Assembly: GCA_951406725.2 (NCBI GenBank)
Contig: OX597828.1
Coordinates: 13,702,001 to 13,766,000 of the forward strand
Length of the DNA stretch: 64,000 nt
Origin: Octopus vulgaris
Taxonomy: Eukaryota
Direction of reading: 5' to 3'
Below, in pieces: positions 61,849-64,000 of the stretch; position 1 is the stretch's first letter, and each line of letters begins with the position of its first letter. Position numbers and translations under genes: made by a program. The notes beneath the pieces were generated by a model. It searched no databases and was not told where the DNA came from. It saw nothing but the letters and a program-made list of their open reading frames with translations.

Positions 61849-62725
61849 TTGGTTAACCATGTACTTCCTCATCAGCAAGACACCTGTTTCTGTCACACTC
61901 AAACCTTTCGTCATCTGACACAAGATCACCTCCTCCAATTCCCTCTCCCCTCTCAAAAATTCTTTGTTTTGCAAGTTACTTGGTGACCCTACTGGTGCTG
62001 GTGCCATGTAAAAAGCATCCAGTCCACACTGTAAAGTGGTTGGCATTTGGAAGAGCATCCAGCTGTAAAAACCATGCCCAAACTGACCTCACCTGTGCTG
62101 GTGCCCTGTAAAAAACACTCAGTTCACTCTGCTGGGTGGTTGGGGTTAGGAAGGGCATCCAGCTGTAAAACCCATGCCAAAACACAGAAGTATGGCGCAG
62201 TCTTCTGCCTAGCCAGCTACTGAAGGTGCATGGCTTAGTGGTTAGGGTGTTGTGTTCACGACTGAAAGATCATGGTTTCGATTCTCAGACTGGTCACTGA
62301 GTTGTGTTCTTGAGCAAAGCACTTCATTTCACGTTGCTCTGCAATCGTTTCGTTATCTGACATGTAGCACATGGTGCACCTGTACAGGTAAAGTCCATTC
62401 GATGGAGGGAGCGTCCTATGTGAACGCAAACATTCGATCACTATAACCAAATCATCTGTGTGGTTGTTCAGCAAGAACTTGCCAAACCCCCCTATGTCAT
62501 CTAACAATGGGAGGGTCCATGATATGAGAAAAGGCTGAAAGATGATAATTCATAAATTCACACTAGTATCTATTTATCATTTTCTTAGTGTCAGAAAAAA
62601 TTACTGAAATGGAGCATGTTGAAAGAAGGCAAAATAAAAAGCTAAAAACTTACATCTTTTGACTGGAATAGCTTTGTCATGGCAAAAAAAGCTTCCGTTG
62701 CCTCAGTCCGGCCAAAATTTTCACC
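28825..62725 (-). CDS. COPG: Coatomer subunit gamma (gamma-COP; COPG1/COPG2 orthologue), 22 coding exons in window, 5'-incomplete
   Basis: Spliced translation from [24 protein letters not shown] to ...[13 protein letters not shown] matches metazoan gamma-COP colinearly. All introns are GT-AG with matching phases; 2460 nt total. The first ~57 aa are not in the window. Confidence 0.98.
31181..31319 (-). CDS. COPG: gamma-COP exon ([20 protein letters not shown]...SVKTLE)
   Basis: 139 nt; TTTAG acceptor, GTAAAT donor; phase 0/1. Confidence 0.96.
32228..32401. repeat. Fold-back inverted repeat (78-bp arms, 18-nt spacer) inside (TA)n
   Basis: 32228-32305 versus reverse complement of 32324-32401: 7 mismatches, no gaps. 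Confidence 0.92.
33043..33140 (-). CDS. COPG: gamma-COP exon ([32 protein letters not shown])
   Basis: 98 nt; TTCAG acceptor, GTAAGT donor; phase 1/0. Confidence 0.97.
33395..33498 (+). repeat. 104-bp copy of 35494-35597 inserted in a SINE fragment
   Basis: 2 mismatches versus 35494-35597; 10-bp direct repeat gagcagcctg at 33387-33396 and 33494-33503. Confidence 0.92.
33577..33745 (-). CDS. COPG: gamma-COP appendage exon ([15 protein letters not shown]...RLPEDETI)
   Basis: 169 nt; TTCAG acceptor, GTGAGT donor; phase 0/1. Confidence 0.96.
34735..35008 (-). mobile_element. LINE (RTE-group) 3' fragment
   Basis: [29 protein letters not shown]; near-identical copy at 43620-43910. Confidence 0.8.
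35291..35433 (-). CDS. COPG: gamma-COP appendage exon ([18 protein letters not shown]...HYIVFQ)
   Basis: 143 nt; TACAG acceptor, GTAAAT donor; phase 1/0. Confidence 0.96.
36419..36490 (-). CDS. COPG: gamma-COP linker exon ([23 protein letters not shown])
   Basis: 72 nt; TTTAG acceptor, GTGAGT donor; phase 1/1. Confidence 0.94.
37065..37392 (+). mobile_element. tRNA-derived SINE family with ATGACTGAAGGGGGTC tail (representative)
   Basis: TGGCTCAGTGG A box, TCGATTCC B-box-like; copies at 1-155(-), 4750-5090(-), 46250-46585(-). Confidence 0.85.
37561..37689 (-). CDS. COPG: gamma-COP exon ([15 protein letters not shown]...PIVEQRT)
   Basis: 129 nt; AAAAG acceptor (required by phase), GTAAGA donor; phase 1/1. 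Confidence 0.93.
38938..39150. mobile_element. TTAA-targeting MITE, family 2
   Basis: CCCTTT...AAAGGG termini with TTAA-like flanks; near-identical copy at 42444-42663. Confidence 0.85.
39688..39886 (-). mobile_element. Short (TA)n-anchored Penelope-like/retrozyme-like element with hammerhead-like motif
   Basis: Homologous to 11516-11716; motif at 39786-39823. Confidence 0.7.
40005..40108 (-). CDS. COPG: gamma-COP exon ([20 protein letters not shown]...AYILN)
   Basis: 104 nt; TTCAG acceptor, GTGAGT donor; phase 2/1. Confidence 0.97.
42063..42138 (-). CDS. COPG: gamma-COP exon ([24 protein letters not shown])
   Basis: 76 nt; TGCAG acceptor, GTAAGC donor; phase 1/2. Confidence 0.96.
42444..42663. 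mobile_element. TTAA-targeting MITE, family 2
   Basis: TTAA|CCCTTTTATTAC ... GTAATGAAAGGA|TTAA. Confidence 0.85.
43112..43529. mobile_element. Non-autonomous DNA transposon with 29-bp TIRs and 8-bp TSD (Merlin-like termini)
   Basis: TIR GGATCTTTTTGGTTTGAATGGCAGTTTTT vs GGAACTTTTCGGTTTGATCGGCAGTTTTT; TSD tctgccaa at 43104-43111 and 43530-43537. Confidence 0.88.
43620..43910 (-). mobile_element. LINE (RTE-group) 3' fragment with (CAA)/(TAA)n tail
   Basis: [24 protein letters not shown]...DREVW; homologous to 34735-35008. Confidence 0.8.
44100..44264 (-). CDS. COPG: gamma-COP exon ([13 protein letters not shown]...ILENAAVRA)
   Basis: 165 nt; CTCAG acceptor, GTAATG donor; phase 1/1. Confidence 0.97.
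44860..45303 (+). mobile_element. Dispersed retroposon with internal ~26-bp minisatellite and (GAT)n tail (representative)
   Basis: Repeated tgctggtgccatgtaaaaagcaccag units, core GGTTGGYRTTAGGAAGGGCATCCAGC, tail CCAACCCATGCYAGCATGGAAA...(GAT)n; many copies, e.g. 17.55-18.13 kb, 27.3-27.8 kb, 47.36-47.73 kb, 52.1-52.63 kb. Confidence 0.8.
45730..45808 (-). CDS. COPG: gamma-COP exon ([26 protein letters not shown])
   Basis: 79 nt; TGCAG acceptor, GTATGT donor; phase 0/1. Confidence 0.96.
45991..46137. repeat. Near-perfect hairpin, 71-bp arms, 5-nt loop
   Basis: 45991-46061 versus reverse complement of 46067-46137: 2 mismatches. Confidence 0.97.
46802..47150 (-). mobile_element. Non-autonomous Helitron, family A, nested in a TTAA-MITE
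   Basis: TC...hairpin...CTAG on the minus strand; splits host sequence ttcagaatga|tattgtaggg at an AT dinucleotide. Confidence 0.88.
48129..48201 (-). CDS. COPG: gamma-COP exon ([24 protein letters not shown])
   Basis: 73 nt; TCTAG acceptor, GTAAAT donor; phase 2/0. Confidence 0.96.
49499..50015 (+). mobile_element. Non-autonomous Helitron, family B (CpG-rich, probably young)
   Basis: A|TCTATATATATAAAA start; cccg-agcaacgc-cggg hairpin followed by CTAG|T. Confidence 0.85.
50054..50154 (-). CDS. COPG: gamma-COP exon ([33 protein letters not shown])
   Basis: 101 nt; TCTAG acceptor, GTTTGT donor; phase 0/2. Confidence 0.96.
50985..51095 (-). CDS. COPG: gamma-COP exon ([19 protein letters not shown]...ITTLLK)
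   Basis: 111 nt; GTTAG acceptor, GTTTGC donor. Confidence 0.96.
51364..51726 (-). mobile_element. Helentron/DINE-1-like element, internally deleted copy of 13938-14412
   Basis: Reverse-complement similarity across both termini. Confidence 0.65.
53369..53570 (-). CDS. COPG: gamma-COP exon ([16 protein letters not shown]...[10 protein letters not shown])
   Basis: 202 nt; TTCAG acceptor, GTAAGC donor; phase 2/0. Confidence 0.97.
53988..54208. mobile_element. TTAA-targeting (piggyBac-type) MITE, family 1
   Basis: TTAA|CCCTTTAG ... CTAAAGGG|TTAA; relatives at ~160-358, 37749-38296, 46680-47240, 54866-55083. Confidence 0.9.
55204..55244 (-). CDS. COPG: gamma-COP small exon ([13 protein letters not shown])
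   Basis: 41 nt; TACAG acceptor, GTGAGT donor; phase 0/2, required for frame continuity. Confidence 0.94.
55559..55675 (-). CDS. COPG: gamma-COP exon ([18 protein letters not shown]...SPYAHCLL)
   Basis: 117 nt; TTCAG acceptor, GTAAGA donor. Confidence 0.96.
56439..56525 (-). CDS. COPG: gamma-COP exon ([29 protein letters not shown])
   Basis: 87 nt; TTCAG acceptor, GTAGGT donor. Confidence 0.96.
56747..57117. mobile_element. Helentron-associated interspersed element
   Basis: AACAAGAGCACTCAGAGAGCGCAAACC start, atcc...ggat palindromic core, terminal hairpin TACCTCCGCCTT-CGCT-AAGGTGGAAGTA. Confidence 0.7.
57228..57320 (-). CDS. COPG: gamma-COP exon ([31 protein letters not shown])
   Basis: 93 nt; AACAG acceptor, GTGAGT donor. 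Confidence 0.96.
57700..57995 (+). mobile_element. tRNA-derived SINE with internal inverted duplication
   Basis: GGAGGCGCGTGGCTTAGTGG head; inverted partner at 58972-59205. Confidence 0.85.
58329..58404 (-). CDS. COPG: gamma-COP exon ([25 protein letters not shown])
   Basis: 76 nt; AACAG acceptor, GTAAGT donor; phase 2/0. Confidence 0.96.
58972..59205 (-). mobile_element. tRNA-derived SINE, same subfamily as 57700-57995
   Basis: Shared head and GCTTTAAAAGGGCGCATTTATT tail in opposite orientation. Confidence 0.85.
60059..60138 (-). CDS. COPG: gamma-COP exon ([26 protein letters not shown])
   Basis: 80 nt; TTCAG acceptor, GTAAGT donor; phase 0/2. Confidence 0.96.
60587..61136. mobile_element. 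Putative ~550-bp element inserted in an (ATT)n microsatellite
   Basis: Higher-GC block bounded by ATT repeats on both sides; single copy in window, no ORF recognised. Confidence 0.45.
62654..62725 (-). CDS. COPG: gamma-COP exon ([24 protein letters not shown])
   Basis: 72 nt; TACAG acceptor, GTAAGT donor; phase 0/0. Confidence 0.96.
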
Positions 62726-63606
62726 CTGTAAAAAATGAATTTGATACAACTAAATGTATTTCCAGAGTTGAATTGTTTTAATAAAGAAGATACACATAAC
62801 AGAAAACAAATACAAATGACAAAAACAAACAAACAAACAAAAGTATGGGGATATTCACATCATCATCATCATCGTTTAACGTCCGCTTTCCATGCTAGCA
62901 TGGGTTGGATGATTTGACTGAGGACTGGTGAACCGGATGGCTGCACCAGGCTCCAATCTTGATCTGGCAGAGTTTCTACATCTGGATGCCCTTCCTAACG
63001 TCAACCACTCTGAGAGTGTAGTAGGTGCTTTACATGCCACTGGCACGAGGGCCAGTCAGGCGGTACTGGCAACGGCCACACTCAAATAGTATTTTTTTTA
63101 CATGCCACCTGCACAGGATCCAGTTGACATTATTATGTTGACACTCAGAGAAGAAAAGTAAAAGTTAAGGTGGTTCACTGTGTCCTTGAGCAAGACACTT
63201 TTATTTCATATTGCTCAAGTCCACTCGCCTGGCAAAAATGAGTTGCACTTATAATTCAAAGAGTCAACCTGGGTCATAGTGAACCTCCCTGAGAACTATG
63301 TTAAGGGTTATGAGTGTTTGTGGAGTGCTCAGCCACCTGCATGTTAGTTTCAGATTGCATCAACTGGAACACTCATCATTGTAACTGATGGAGTGATAGG
63401 TTATGTGCATGTGTGTATCTCTCTCTCTCTTTGTAGGAGTGGTTGTGTTGTAAGTAGCTTGCTTATGAACCACATGGTTCCAGGTTCAGTTCCACTGCAT
63501 GGCACCTTAGGCAAGTGTCTTCTACTATAGCCTCGGGCCGACCAAAGCCTTGTGAGTGTATTTGGTAGACGGGAACTGAAAGAAGCCTATCGTATATATG
63601 TGTGTG

Positions 63607-63687
<81 letters not shown>

Positions 63688-64000
63688 TTATGTGTCTGTA
63701 TTTGTCCCCCCAACATCGCTTGACAACCGATGCTGGTGTGTTTACGTCCCCGTAACTTAGCAGTTCGGCAAAAGAGACCGATAGAATAAGTACTAGGCTT
63801 ACAAAGATTAAGTCCTGGGGTCGATTTGCTCGACTAAAGGCAGTGCTCCAGCATGGCCACAGTCAAATGACTGAAACAAATAAAAGAGTAAAGAGTATAT
63901 ACAAACACACGCACACACACACAGTACTAGAGTGATTTAGTTACTCTTTTATTTGTTTCAGTCATTTGACTGTGGCCATGCTGGAGCACCGCCTTTAGTC

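Overview
Eukaryotic, AT-rich, repeat-dense genomic DNA, inferred to be a coleoid cephalopod (Octopus-like) from its tRNA-derived SINE families, abundant (TA)n/(CA)n microsatellites and metazoan COPG sequence. The only recognisable protein-coding gene is coatomer subunit gamma (COPG) on the minus strand. I traced 22 coding exons from 62725 down to the TAG stop at 28825. All have GT-AG boundaries and consistent phases (2460 nt = 819 aa + stop), and the roughly 57 N-terminal residues lie beyond the right edge of the window. The left 28 kb has no recognisable conserved CDS but contains a CpG-enriched, promoter-like region at about 19.1-22.0 kb with candidate minus-strand exons. The rest is SINEs, LINE fragments (RTE, CR1, a restriction-like-endonuclease element), non-autonomous Helitrons/Helentrons, TTAA-targeting MITEs and an 8-bp-TSD DNA element. 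Most notable: (i) a short dispersed element carrying a candidate minimal hammerhead ribozyme with a variant core (CUGUnGA), one copy in sense inside a COPG intron; (ii) several long fold-back hairpins and an inverted SINE pair in COPG introns, which are candidate dsRNA/ADAR substrates; (iii) a 104-bp locally templated insertion and other template-switch scars. No prokaryotic-type system (CRISPR, operon) is present. All TE family names are by motif recognition, not database search.
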